A DNA stretch of 64,000 nt from a bacterium. GTDB lineage: Bacteria; CLD3; SB21. The notes under the pieces were generated by a model. It saw only the letters and a program-made list of their open reading frames with translations. It had not been told where the DNA came from and ran no database searches. The stretch lies in contig JAEUSK010000248.1 in NCBI GenBank assembly GCA_016787925.1, forward strand, positions 26,908-90,907, written 5' to 3'. Of the stretch, positions 20,402 to 29,662 are shown in pieces. The translations under genes and the position numbers were made by a program. The first letter of the stretch is position 1, and every line of letters starts with the position of its first letter.

Positions 20402-20428
20402 CTACTCTTCGACTTGCATCGTTTCAAT
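20402..20428 (-). repeat. partial (27-nt) diverged duplicate of the 3' end of the PPIase gene (would encode ..IETMQVEE* against the real ..IETMEIEE*)
   Basis: ctactcttcgacttgcatcgtttcaat is the duplicate, and ctactcttcgatctccattgtttcaat at 20538-20564 is the real gene end. The intervening ~110 bp are bounded by 15-bp palindromes aaaccttcaaggttt (20434-20448) and aaccttgaaggttta (20514-20528). Confidence 0.6.
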
Positions 20429-20537
20429 GTAAGAAACCTTCAAGGTTTATAGAGCCTGATAATTTTTGCATGTGAAATTCTCATATTTCTCTCGTGTCAG
20501 ATTCCGCTCTTATAACCTTGAAGGTTTACACGCTTTT

Positions 20538-21281
20538 CTACTCTTCGATCTCCATTGTTTCAATACTCGTCTTTAGTATCAAGACATTTTCCAGAGGCCG
20601 GTCGCGCGGCCCGCGCTGAACCTGCGCAATTTTATCTACGACATCCATACCGGATAATACTTCACCAAATACCGTATATTCCCCGTCCAGAAAAGGCGTG
20701 CCGCCGATAGTAGTGTAAACGGTTATTTGTTCTTCCGTAAATTGAAAATCGGGTTTGCCCTGCATTTTCATTTGTGATTCGATCCGGTTAAGTTGTTCGG
20801 CCGTAACGGGGCCATTTTGAACGATATAGAATTGACTGCCGCTGGATGCTTTTTTAGGATTAACCTGATCTCCCTGACGCGCCGCAGCAAGCGCGCCGCG
20901 TTTGTGGATGCGTTTGATCTCAGCCGGCGTAGTGTAACCCGGGCCGCCGATACCGTCGTTATTCGGATCGTTGTCTTTGGAATTGGGGTCGCCGCCCTGA
21001 ATCATGAAGTTGGGTATCACGCGGTGAAACGTCGTACTGTCGTAGAATCCTTCGCGGATCAGTTTTCTGAAATTAGCGGCATGTTTCGGCGCGTCTGCGT
21101 CGTAGAGCTGCAGAACGATCTTACCGAATTGCGTTTCCAATACGGCCACTTCACCCTGAACTTTTTTCTTTTCTTTTTTTCCCTGCGCGCATGCGCTGAG
21201 AGTGAACAGGCCGAGCAAGAGCATAGCGAGCATCGCTTGTGTGATCACCCGTGATCGCGGCGTCAAATTTGACTTGAACAA
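20538..21281 (-). CDS. peptidyl-prolyl cis-trans isomerase, cyclophilin type, lipoprotein
   Basis: Cyclophilin motifs FHRVIPNFMIQGGDP..GT.GG and VFGEV are present. The N-terminus has a signal peptide with LSACAQ. Confidence 0.85.
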   Translation of the reverse strand: MFKSNLTPRSRVITQAMLAMLLLGLFTLSACAQGKKEKKKVQGEVAVLETQFGKIVLQLYDADAPKHAANFRKLIREGFYDSTTFHRVIPNFMIQGGDPNSKDNDPNNDGIGGPGYTTPAEIKRIHKRGALAAARQGDQVNPKKASSGSQFYIVQNGPVTAEQLNRIESQMKMQGKPDFQFTEEQITVYTTIGGTPFLDGEYTVFGEVLSGMDVVDKIAQVQRGPRDRPLENVLILKTSIETMEIEE

Positions 21282-21429
21282 TGGAGCCTCCTTTAGTATG
21301 TTTATTTGAAGTGAATAGCCTAATGACGTAGCTTATAAAATGTCAGCCCACGAAATACACGGAATGACACGAAAACTTAGGCATTCATATTTTATAGGCG
21401 TATTTCGCGGGAAATGATTTAAAAAACTG

Positions 21430-22434
21430 TTGTTTTGGTATAATGACTGTAGCCGAAAATTGTTAAACGTGAAAAATATACTCGTTTCAGGCCATAATTT
21501 CAAAAAAAAATATACGTTATTTTGTTGTCTGCTGTTTGTTATCCCCGTTTTCACTCTATCGGCTCAAGACAAAACCAGAATGTCATTTGAGGTTAATACC
21601 GTCATCGATCTTAGCGGCGAGGGTATTGGTCAGTTGGAAAACCCGCAATCGCTGTCGGTGAGTTTCATGGGCGATATTTACATCGCCGACACCGGACATA
21701 ATCGTATTGTCAAGCTGGATGCGAAAGGTAATTACGCTAATCACGTCGGCGGATTTGGCTGGAAGAATAACCAATTTGACGCTCCGGTGGACATTTTCGC
21801 CATCGACGGACTAAACATTTACGTTGCTGACCTGAATAATCAGCGCATCCAGCGTTACAGCAAGAAATTAGAATATGTTTCATCATTCGGCGGATCGAAG
21901 CTGACAGAACTCAGTATAGACGCTTCCAGGACATCCAATGAACCGCTTGGGTATCCTTCGGGTATTGCGGTTTCGTCTCAAGGCGACTTATTCTATTCAG
22001 ACAGCGAAAAGGATCAGATCGTAAAAATCAATCGATTCGGAAAAAAAGAAAGTGCATTTGGCGGTTTTTCTGAGGGTAGAGGAACATTAAGAAGTCCGGG
22101 AAAAATATTTGTCACGAGTAGGTTTGTTTACGTGATTGATGAAAATCGGGTTGTCGTTTTCGATTATTATGGTAATTATATCCGCGACGTCGGAATGAGT
22201 GTTTTGAAGAAACCCGCGGACATTACGATCGATAAGAAAGACCGAATTTACGTAGCGGATGCGGAATTGCGAACGGTTGTAGTTTACGATTCGGCGGGAA
22301 ACTTTCTCACGTCGCTTCTGTCCCACGCCTTTGACCGGCCTGTCTCCGTCGATTGTGTTCTTAACAAATTATATGTTCTCGACGGCAAAGCAGCTTCGAT
22401 CATTGTTTTCAATATTCTTGAAAGCGGCGATTAA
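21430..22434 (+). CDS. NHL-repeat beta-propeller protein, secreted
   Basis: The signal peptide is YTLFCCLLFVIPVFTLSAQ. Repeated NHL-like blades occur (IYIADTGHNRIVKLD; IYVADLNNQRIQRY; LFYSDSEKDQIVKI; VYVIDENRVVVFD; IYVADAELRTVVVYD). The start codon is uncertain; TTG or GTG candidates lie at 21430-21469. Confidence 0.65.
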   Translation: MFWYNDCSRKLLNVKNILVSGHNFKKKYTLFCCLLFVIPVFTLSAQDKTRMSFEVNTVIDLSGEGIGQLENPQSLSVSFMGDIYIADTGHNRIVKLDAKGNYANHVGGFGWKNNQFDAPVDIFAIDGLNIYVADLNNQRIQRYSKKLEYVSSFGGSKLTELSIDASRTSNEPLGYPSGIAVSSQGDLFYSDSEKDQIVKINRFGKKESAFGGFSEGRGTLRSPGKIFVTSRFVYVIDENRVVVFDYYGNYIRDVGMSVLKKPADITIDKKDRIYVADAELRTVVVYDSAGNFLTSLLSHAFDRPVSVDCVLNKLYVLDGKAASIIVFNILESGD

Positions 22435-25400
22435 ATGACGCGCTGTATTCATGCGGCCCTACTTATGATGTTATGTCATATTCATTCTGCATCTGCGCAA
22501 GACGAGTCCGATTCATTGTTTACAAAAGTGATCATAGATTCGACGATCAGCCGGCATTTCGAAAACCCGAACTCAATCAACCTATGGACGCGGACGTATT
22601 CCTTTTATGGAGCGGGTGTGGACACGGTGTACAAACTTCCGGACGAACTGATTGCCGTCGAGAGTGAAACGGTCAGCGCGGGCAAGATGCATCTATACCG
22701 AGGCTCCGACTATGTCATACACTACCGCCGAGGTGAAATTCAGTTTTCATCAATCCTTGCTGAAGACCTGGAAATCACGATTCAATACAACATCCTGCCT
22801 TTTAACTTGCGTACAGAATACGCGCACCGTCAAATACAAAATTGGGCCGTCGATGATTCCGTGAGGGTGAGTATCATGACGAGCGGTTTTCAATCTTCGA
22901 CTCCGGCGCAGGATAATCCGTTTGAGTCGTCCCAAATGGTGGGAACGGGGAGCATTACGCGAGGGTTTACTGTCGGCTCCAACCAGGACTTCACATTAAA
23001 TTCAGGTCTGAATGTACAGATATCCGGCAAAATAAGTGACGATGTGACCATTGAAGCATCACTGACCGATGAAAATATTCCGATTCAGCCGGAAGGCAAC
23101 ACGGAAAAACTGCAGGAGATCGATAAAATATTTGTCGAAGTTAATAAAGCCGATAATTACATCGCCACGTTTGGCGATTTTGAGGTGAGTCTGGCAGGAA
23201 CAGAGTTCGGTAATTATTCAAGAAAACTGCAGGGCGTAAGGGGCGCTGTGCGAACCGATGCAGTCACGGCTGACATTGCATTTGCGTCCACCAAAGGTAA
23301 ATTTTCGTCCAATACCCTGGTGATCATTGAAGGTAATCAGGGTCCTTATGCATTGACGGGTCTGAATGGGGAAAGCAATATTCTCGTAATTGCCGGAACG
23401 GAAAAAGTATGGTTAAACGGCGTTCAGCTTAGGCGCGGAGAAGACAATGACTTCGTTATTGACTACAATGCGGGGCAGATCACATTTACACGCAGGCGGT
23501 TGATCACGCCGGAATCGCGAGTTACTGTTGACTTTGAATACGCCGACGATGTTTTTAAGCGCACCACTTTCGCAAGCGGCATTAGAACCAATTGGTTCGA
23601 TCAAAAGATTTCGTTTGGCGGAGTTTTTATCAATGAATCGGACGATAAAAATAATCCCATAAATTTATTTCTTTCCGACCAAACTATCGATTCGTTGTCC
23701 GAAATTGACGATGACCAAATCAACTCGCAGGGCACGACGGTGTATGTTGACGGGGCAAGGCGGGTTGATTTCGGGCGTGGAGCGTATGTCCGGATATTTA
23801 ACCTTTCGGCCAACGACAGTATTTTCCTTTACGTCGGCGCTGACAGTTCAGGAGATTACAATGTGCGGTTCACGGACTTTGGCGCCGGCAACGGCGATTA
23901 TGTTCGCGGTAACATCTTAGGTGAATTCGTTTATGCCGGTAAGAATAGCGGAGCCTTCTTACCTTTGGTAGCATTACCTCTGCCCACACGCACGCAATTG
24001 GCAAGTTTCTTTCTTGAAACGCGGCCGATTAAGAACATGGTATTTGGCAGCGAGGTGGCCTTTTCGACCTTTGATATAAATTCATTTTCACCCGAGGATA
24101 TTAGCGGGAAAGCGTATCATCTGAAAGCTAATATTCAAAAACAAAAAATAGGATGGCATGGGAAGAAGCTGGGTGAATTTGACATGAACGCCCGTATTAG
24201 CCATATTGACAGCACATTTAAGGAAATCGACCGCATCAATGATCCGGAGTTCAATCGGTCATGGAATATTCACGGCACATACGGGGCTCCTTTAAGTTCA
24301 CTGGGCGCAGAAGAGAATCTAAAGGAAATTCATTCGGCGTACAGGCCGGTGGGAGAACTGCAATTTGCGGGATTTTACGGAGACCTTACAAGGGGCAACA
24401 AAGTATTCAGGTCTTCCCGATACGGCGGCGGTGTGCAGGCATCCTTTGATCAATTGCCGCAGGTGAATTATTCCATTGAAGAAATAAATTCAGAGAATCG
24501 AAATTCGTCCGATACATATCGCAGTGATGTGACACGTCAAAGTTTTCTCAGCAGTTATCAGTTGTGGAAAGTGAGACCGGGATTTGATTATGAAGACGAA
24601 ATCGTACGCAATCGTTTTGCCTCCGTCGACTCCGGTTTTGGTACTGCATATTTTACGTACCGTCCGCGTATTGATTTTAACAGGCTTAAGAAAATGCAGT
24701 TCGGTGTTATGCTGGAGACACGTCTTGATGAAAGCAGGAACTCACTGGTGGATTCGCTGGACGGACGGATTTCGACAGCAACGACTCAACGGTATTATTG
24801 GAATATGCTTGATTGGAATAATATCAATGCTACCGTCGAATACGTGCGGCGCCAAAAAGAATATCACGGCAAGTTTCGCACAGTAGAGAATCTTGATAAC
24901 ACATCGCATCTGATCAATTCGGCTTTGGATTACCACCGATGGAATCGCGCGATGACGAGCAGCATCAGTTATCAGGTGTCCGAACAAAGCTTGCAGGATC
25001 GTAAGCTTATTTTTGTTCCGGTGCAGGCGAATACCGGTAACTTCATTCAGGCCGCACGGGACAGTTTTATTCAGGTTCCGCAGGGACAAGGCGACTGGAT
25101 TCAAAGTACGGTACGCGTGGACGGATTTACACCTATCGTGGAAATAAAATTCGGTGTCCGTGTACGATTTGAGTTTTTGAGGTTTTACAAGAATACGGCG
25201 AATAAAGACACTGTCACAGAAGGAAAAGAAGGGGGTCTCACAAGTCTGTTGAAAAAAATGTCCACTGAGACAATTTTCAGAATCGAAGAAAATCAAAAAG
25301 AGCCGGACCTGTCTGTATATTTTATCGATCTGAGAAAGTACCAGAACAACGACAATACGCTGCGCGGCTCGCTCTTTTTCAGGCAGGACGTCTTATCGAC

Positions 25401-26013
25401 GGATAACGAGCGCCGTACGTCGATCAGATTGAGGTATGAACTTCAAAAGAACATATCTGGATTACTGACCGACGGAAATGAACGCAGGCGCAGAGAACTT
25501 GAGAACATACGTATTCGCACCCAGCCGTTTGAAAAAACGGCCTTTGAGAACGAATTAGAATACGAAACAAACCTGAAACGCTCGACCATTTCGGTTTCTG
25601 CATTTAACAGAGATTTTGATTTCTATAAAGTAAAATGGATTCCACAAATGTCGTATAAGCCAATTTACGAAATCGAGTGGATCAATAAAGGGATTCTGAT
25701 TTATTCGAACGACGCGTTCTCACGTCTGACCGCGCGCAGTTTTTCCTATGCGCCCGAACTGATCTATTCATTCAAAAATAAAGGCCGGGCGGCGCTGTCG
25801 TTCGACCTGTCGAGAGTATTTCTTTCGAAAGATATTTTTGTTCCGTTTGAAATTCTGAATGGGTTAAAAAAGGGATGGAACGCAAGCTGGCTGGTGACCA
25901 TGGACTACAGGATCAATAATCACGTATCGGCATCGTTGAATTATTCAGGGAGGAAAGAGCCAAAGCAAGATGTGATTCACCTGGGCAGCGCAGAGTTCAG
26001 AGCGTTTTTCTGA
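22435..26013 (+). CDS. very large (1192 aa) secreted protein, probable outer-membrane beta-barrel/assembly-type protein of unknown family
   Basis: The ATG sits immediately after the upstream TAA, which suggests coupling. The signal peptide is MTRCIHAALLMMLCHIHSASAQ. The sequence is rich in alternating beta-strand patterns and ends in an aromatic residue (...EFRAFF), as outer-membrane beta-barrels typically do. Confidence 0.6.
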   Translation: MTRCIHAALLMMLCHIHSASAQDESDSLFTKVIIDSTISRHFENPNSINLWTRTYSFYGAGVDTVYKLPDELIAVESETVSAGKMHLYRGSDYVIHYRRGEIQFSSILAEDLEITIQYNILPFNLRTEYAHRQIQNWAVDDSVRVSIMTSGFQSSTPAQDNPFESSQMVGTGSITRGFTVGSNQDFTLNSGLNVQISGKISDDVTIEASLTDENIPIQPEGNTEKLQEIDKIFVEVNKADNYIATFGDFEVSLAGTEFGNYSRKLQGVRGAVRTDAVTADIAFASTKGKFSSNTLVIIEGNQGPYALTGLNGESNILVIAGTEKVWLNGVQLRRGEDNDFVIDYNAGQITFTRRRLITPESRVTVDFEYADDVFKRTTFASGIRTNWFDQKISFGGVFINESDDKNNPINLFLSDQTIDSLSEIDDDQINSQGTTVYVDGARRVDFGRGAYVRIFNLSANDSIFLYVGADSSGDYNVRFTDFGAGNGDYVRGNILGEFVYAGKNSGAFLPLVALPLPTRTQLASFFLETRPIKNMVFGSEVAFSTFDINSFSPEDISGKAYHLKANIQKQKIGWHGKKLGEFDMNARISHIDSTFKEIDRINDPEFNRSWNIHGTYGAPLSSLGAEENLKEIHSAYRPVGELQFAGFYGDLTRGNKVFRSSRYGGGVQASFDQLPQVNYSIEEINSENRNSSDTYRSDVTRQSFLSSYQLWKVRPGFDYEDEIVRNRFASVDSGFGTAYFTYRPRIDFNRLKKMQFGVMLETRLDESRNSLVDSLDGRISTATTQRYYWNMLDWNNINATVEYVRRQKEYHGKFRTVENLDNTSHLINSALDYHRWNRAMTSSISYQVSEQSLQDRKLIFVPVQANTGNFIQAARDSFIQVPQGQGDWIQSTVRVDGFTPIVEIKFGVRVRFEFLRFYKNTANKDTVTEGKEGGLTSLLKKMSTETIFRIEENQKEPDLSVYFIDLRKYQNNDNTLRGSLFFRQDVLSTDNERRTSIRLRYELQKNISGLLTDGNERRRRELENIRIRTQPFEKTAFENELEYETNLKRSTISVSAFNRDFDFYKVKWIPQMSYKPIYEIEWINKGILIYSNDAFSRLTARSFSYAPELIYSFKNKGRAALSFDLSRVFLSKDIFVPFEILNGLKKGWNASWLVTMDYRINNHVSASLNYSGRKEPKQDVIHLGSAEFRAFF

Positions 26014-26117
26014 GATACCTATAGTTACCTGCCAAAGGTCACAAAAAGGAATCACATAAAAATGTTCTAGAAGAGTTGATTCTCAGTGTTCCCGGTGTTC
26101 TCGGTACTTATGAAACG

Positions 26118-27164
26118 CTATTTGGATAACTCGTTTTTAAATTGCGTAATGATGTCAACCGGAGTCGGGTCTGTTTTTCGTACTATTGCCATAAAGTAGC
26201 TCAGCCAATCACCCCGGTAAATTAGCGACATAAATTTGCTGAAGGAATCAGGCCCTTCAGAATACATTTCATATAGCGCCGTTTTTTTTGACAGGATTTT
26301 CTTCAGTATATCGAATCGTTTTTGAATCTGCGGATGATCGCCCGCATCGCGAATCAACATAACCGAAAACGGCGCGCTGGACTGAACGCCATCCCAGCCG
26401 ACAATCTCGTTGTGATTCATTTCAGGAAGGGTATTGGCGAATGCGAGCAGTTTGGCATTCTCGCAAATCTGACCTTTGAATCGAAGTGCGGCGGGAAACA
26501 TTTTTTCTGATGAATAAATTATGACCGGTTGAACGCTCAGGTGTTCCGCCCAGTTCCAAAGTTCATTTCCCGATGGGGATGACCACAATTTTTGTTTCTC
26601 GTTTATCCACGCGATATTTCCGCTGATCAGATTTGCGTCGTGAGATTCCATGAACAAATGTTCCATCATTCTAAACAGAGTGACCAGTGAATATCCTATC
26701 GCCTGACGCGGCTGAAATCCTCCAGGAATCGCGATGTGGGGGATGCTGTTGTTATTTGACAACTCCTTAATGGCGCCACCCGTAGAAATCGTGATTATTC
26801 TTGCGTTGTGCCTTACCGCATCATTAAAAGCGGAAACAGTCTCTTCTGTATTACCGGAATAACTTGACAGGATGACCAGCGTTTTCTCGTTGACATACGG
26901 CGGCAGGGTATAATCGCGGTTAACATTAATAGGAATGGAAAGATGGTCGGAAAAAATTTGTTTAACAAAATCACCGGCAATTGCAGACCCGCCCATACCG
27001 CAGATAACAATATTGCGAACGTCAGCCGCAGAGGTTTTCAAACCGGTCAATTGAGAATAATGATTCGAAATATTATTTTCAGCTGAAAGTAACTGTTCAT
27101 GGAACGACAGCAACACCGTCAGGTAATTTTGTTTGTCGTATGTTTCTATCAGGGACTTATTCAT
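26118..27164 (-). CDS. SIS-domain sugar isomerase (bifunctional phosphoglucose/phosphomannose isomerase-like)
   Basis: ICGMGGSAIAGDF is a SIS nucleotide-binding-like motif. The 348-aa two-SIS-lobe size fits the archaeal/bacterial PGI/PMI family. Confidence 0.6.
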   Translation of the reverse strand: MNKSLIETYDKQNYLTVLLSFHEQLLSAENNISNHYSQLTGLKTSAADVRNIVICGMGGSAIAGDFVKQIFSDHLSIPINVNRDYTLPPYVNEKTLVILSSYSGNTEETVSAFNDAVRHNARIITISTGGAIKELSNNNSIPHIAIPGGFQPRQAIGYSLVTLFRMMEHLFMESHDANLISGNIAWINEKQKLWSSPSGNELWNWAEHLSVQPVIIYSSEKMFPAALRFKGQICENAKLLAFANTLPEMNHNEIVGWDGVQSSAPFSVMLIRDAGDHPQIQKRFDILKKILSKKTALYEMYSEGPDSFSKFMSLIYRGDWLSYFMAIVRKTDPTPVDIITQFKNELSK

Positions 27165-27176
27165 GATACGTTCGAA

Positions 27177-27872
27177 TTAGGACATGAAAGGTTTGACAAT
27201 TTGAAGAAAATTCTGCGGGGCCAAATTAGTAAGCGGTTGATCCCACGCGACTTTTCCTTTGTCAAATACGACTGCTCGTTTGGCAATACCGGCAATGCGT
27301 TCAATGTCGTGAGTCACAACGAGAATACAATTGCCGGCTTGATGATAGTCGAGCAGAATGGCATCAAGAAACTCACAGGCTTTTTGATCAAGGCCGGTAT
27401 AGGGTTCGTCCAGCAGTAATATTTTCGGATTGTGAAGAAGCGCTCGGGCGATCGACAATCGTTGCTGCATGCCGCGTGAAAAACGGCGAACCGATTCATC
27501 AGCCCTATGCGCGAGGCCAACTTTCTCTAACAGGTTTTGAATTCGTTCGGCCGGATTTTCCACATCGTAGAACTTAGCATAAAATGATAGATTTTCTTTT
27601 GCCGTCAGGTCGCTGTAAATGTACGTTTGATGAGAAACCATACCCATCTGCTGTAAGATTACAAAGGAGTCTTTGCGGATATTATATCCATTGATGTGTA
27701 CTTCACCGCCGCTGGGCTTCAGAAGAGTAGCGATAATTTTCAGCAAGGTCGTCTTTCCGGCTCCGTTGCGTCCGAGAATAGCTATGAAATCGTTTGCGCC
27801 TATTTTCAGATCGAGGTTATCGAGGGCGCGGAATCGTCCGTAGAGTTTAGTGATATTAATGATATCGATCAT
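27177..27872 (-). CDS. ABC transporter ATP-binding protein (CcmA-like by size and context)
   Basis: Walker A is GRNGAGKTTLLK, the signature is FSRGMQQRLSIARAL, Walker B is ILLLDEPYTGLD, and the H-loop is VTHD. The product is 231 aa with no fused permease. Confidence 0.8.
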   Translation of the reverse strand: MIDIINITKLYGRFRALDNLDLKIGANDFIAILGRNGAGKTTLLKIIATLLKPSGGEVHINGYNIRKDSFVILQQMGMVSHQTYIYSDLTAKENLSFYAKFYDVENPAERIQNLLEKVGLAHRADESVRRFSRGMQQRLSIARALLHNPKILLLDEPYTGLDQKACEFLDAILLDYHQAGNCILVVTHDIERIAGIAKRAVVFDKGKVAWDQPLTNLAPQNFLQIVKPFMS

Positions 27873-27929
27873 AATGAGGTGATGCCGTCATTGAGTGTAA
27901 TTTACAGCACAGCCATCGTAGCTCAACCA

Positions 27930-29141
27930 CTAGAGGGCATGAATATCTTCCGCCGCCTTTCGCAATTGCGATTTCAGGCTATCACGGCGTTTCTGATATG
28001 TTGGGGAATCTATTTTATTGTCATGGAATGTATCGTCCAGTTGAGCGATCTGCTGTGCCAACGTGTCCCGCTTCTTTAGCATGGCGTTGCGTTGTTGATT
28101 GTTTTGTTTCTTCTGGCCTACAGCCGGTTGATACGGTTTTGCAGCGGCTTTGCGGTTTAACCCAAAAAACAATGCGAATGACAAAATGCTCAGCATAAGA
28201 AATATCCATACGAAAGATTTTTTCTGAACCATGTTTTCTGATGCCGCGATCGTCTCGTTATTTTGTTCTGTCTGGCGAGTGCCGCCGCCGGAAAATGTCA
28301 TTCCAACCATATTGTTGGCTTTAATGGCGGTTGCAGCATAAATCGAAAAATTATTTGCCTCCATGCGTTCATCGTGAACGTGGGTCAATTTATCGGAAAG
28401 CACTTCAATGTCCTTAGGGGAAACAAACACATTGCATTCTAGTATATCGTAATACCATTGCGACTTTAATGCAAACGTATTCGCGGAATAATCCGCGGTA
28501 TACGTGACCTGTATCTGGGTCACGCCGGGCCGCAATGGTTGATTAATGCCCATGCCGTCCTCATACGCAAAAGGCGCGGCAGCAACCGCCATACTCTGAT
28601 TGTGGGAAGTCTGCGCATTCTGGAATTGAGTTCGTTCCGGCAGCTTAAACCGGAATGTCGGTTTATTAATATCCGAAAGCACGTAAGCTGTTTGTCCTAA
28701 ATTATTAATTTCAAAGGTCTCTTGAATTTCAAGTTGATTGCCGTTACGAAGAACAACCATGTGCGGAATACGCACGGAAATATTTTGCCATCGGTCCGTC
28801 GCTTCATACACAACCAGATCGACATTGTAATTTCTATTTTCCTGAATCATCAGGTTTTGCGTATATACGACGCCCTTGTACGACGCGCGCAGAAGGTATG
28901 GCGCATTGGGCAGAGGAGGTATATTTGAGAATTCATAATCGGAAACCTGATCGAATTGCTTTACGGTTTCGAGGCCTTGCCCTGTTTTTACGAGCACAAC
29001 CCAATCTGCGGTAACTTTCTTGTTAATCGTTTTATCGTAGATTTTGCCGATGATCGAGGCGCCGCTTTGTGCATGGACGTCAAACGTATACAGCGCTGCG
29101 GTAAGAAAGAAGAAAGTAAGTATGTAAACCCGACGTATCAT
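27930..29141 (-). CDS. hypothetical single-pass membrane protein (periplasmic beta-rich domain, TM, cytoplasmic coiled coil)
   Basis: The signal peptide is MIRRVYILTFFFLTAALYTFDVHAQ. An internal TM reads FVWIFLMLSILSFALFFGL. The C-terminus is charged and helical. Confidence 0.5.
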   Translation of the reverse strand: MIRRVYILTFFFLTAALYTFDVHAQSGASIIGKIYDKTINKKVTADWVVLVKTGQGLETVKQFDQVSDYEFSNIPPLPNAPYLLRASYKGVVYTQNLMIQENRNYNVDLVVYEATDRWQNISVRIPHMVVLRNGNQLEIQETFEINNLGQTAYVLSDINKPTFRFKLPERTQFQNAQTSHNQSMAVAAAPFAYEDGMGINQPLRPGVTQIQVTYTADYSANTFALKSQWYYDILECNVFVSPKDIEVLSDKLTHVHDERMEANNFSIYAATAIKANNMVGMTFSGGGTRQTEQNNETIAASENMVQKKSFVWIFLMLSILSFALFFGLNRKAAAKPYQPAVGQKKQNNQQRNAMLKKRDTLAQQIAQLDDTFHDNKIDSPTYQKRRDSLKSQLRKAAEDIHAL

Positions 29142-29162
29142 GATATCATCCGTTTGTTTAAG

Positions 29163-29642
29163 TTAGTCCTTAACCAGTTTAGTTCCGCATTCGGAACAAA
29201 ATTTGGCCTCTATGTTGTTTTCGCGCCCGCATTGCGAACAGGAAAGTATTGCCGGTTGTGATTCTATTACGATTTCGCCCTGCGCAACTTTTATTTTTCG
29301 CTTTGCAGCTATCAATTTTTCCAGATAATCATCCGTGATTTTACCGTTACCGGCGGGAGATTCGCCCCCTCCGATATCGATCTGTCGGATCACATCCGCC
29401 ACTTCTGCCATGGATTGTTTACGCAATGATCGATAATCTTCTTCAGCCATTTTACCGATGCCGAATTCAAAATCAAGATCCTTGATGTCCATGTAAATCT
29501 TGTTCTTTTTTGAAATGAGCGCATCCAGCTTGGCCGTCTTTTCATCGCGCTGGTCAAATGCAATATAGTCTTTTGCCAGAAGGGGTTTTAAAACGAATGC
29601 AAGTGCGATCAATCCTGTTGAGATGATAATAAAACTTAACAT
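29163..29642 (-). CDS. membrane-anchored zinc-ribbon protein
   Basis: The N-terminal TM reads MLSFIIISTGLIALAFVL. The C-terminal Cys4 residues are in CSQCGRENNIEAKFCSECGTKL. Confidence 0.45.
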   Translation of the reverse strand: MLSFIIISTGLIALAFVLKPLLAKDYIAFDQRDEKTAKLDALISKKNKIYMDIKDLDFEFGIGKMAEEDYRSLRKQSMAEVADVIRQIDIGGGESPAGNGKITDDYLEKLIAAKRKIKVAQGEIVIESQPAILSCSQCGRENNIEAKFCSECGTKLVKD

Positions 29643-29662
29643 ACTGTCATTTCTCCAAATCG

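Noticed and set aside
20793-21254. 153-aa plus-strand ORF
   Set aside because: It is antisense within the cyclophilin gene. Its translation is Arg-rich because of the GC-rich antisense strand.
24742-25296. 184-aa minus-strand ORF
   Set aside because: It is antisense inside the 1192-aa gene. I see no signal peptide or domain signature.
22435-26013. The idea that the 1192-aa protein is the T9SS translocon SprA/Sov
   Set aside because: SprA proteins are about twice this size, and I cannot verify family membership from memory of motifs alone. I left it as outer-membrane-type protein of unknown family.
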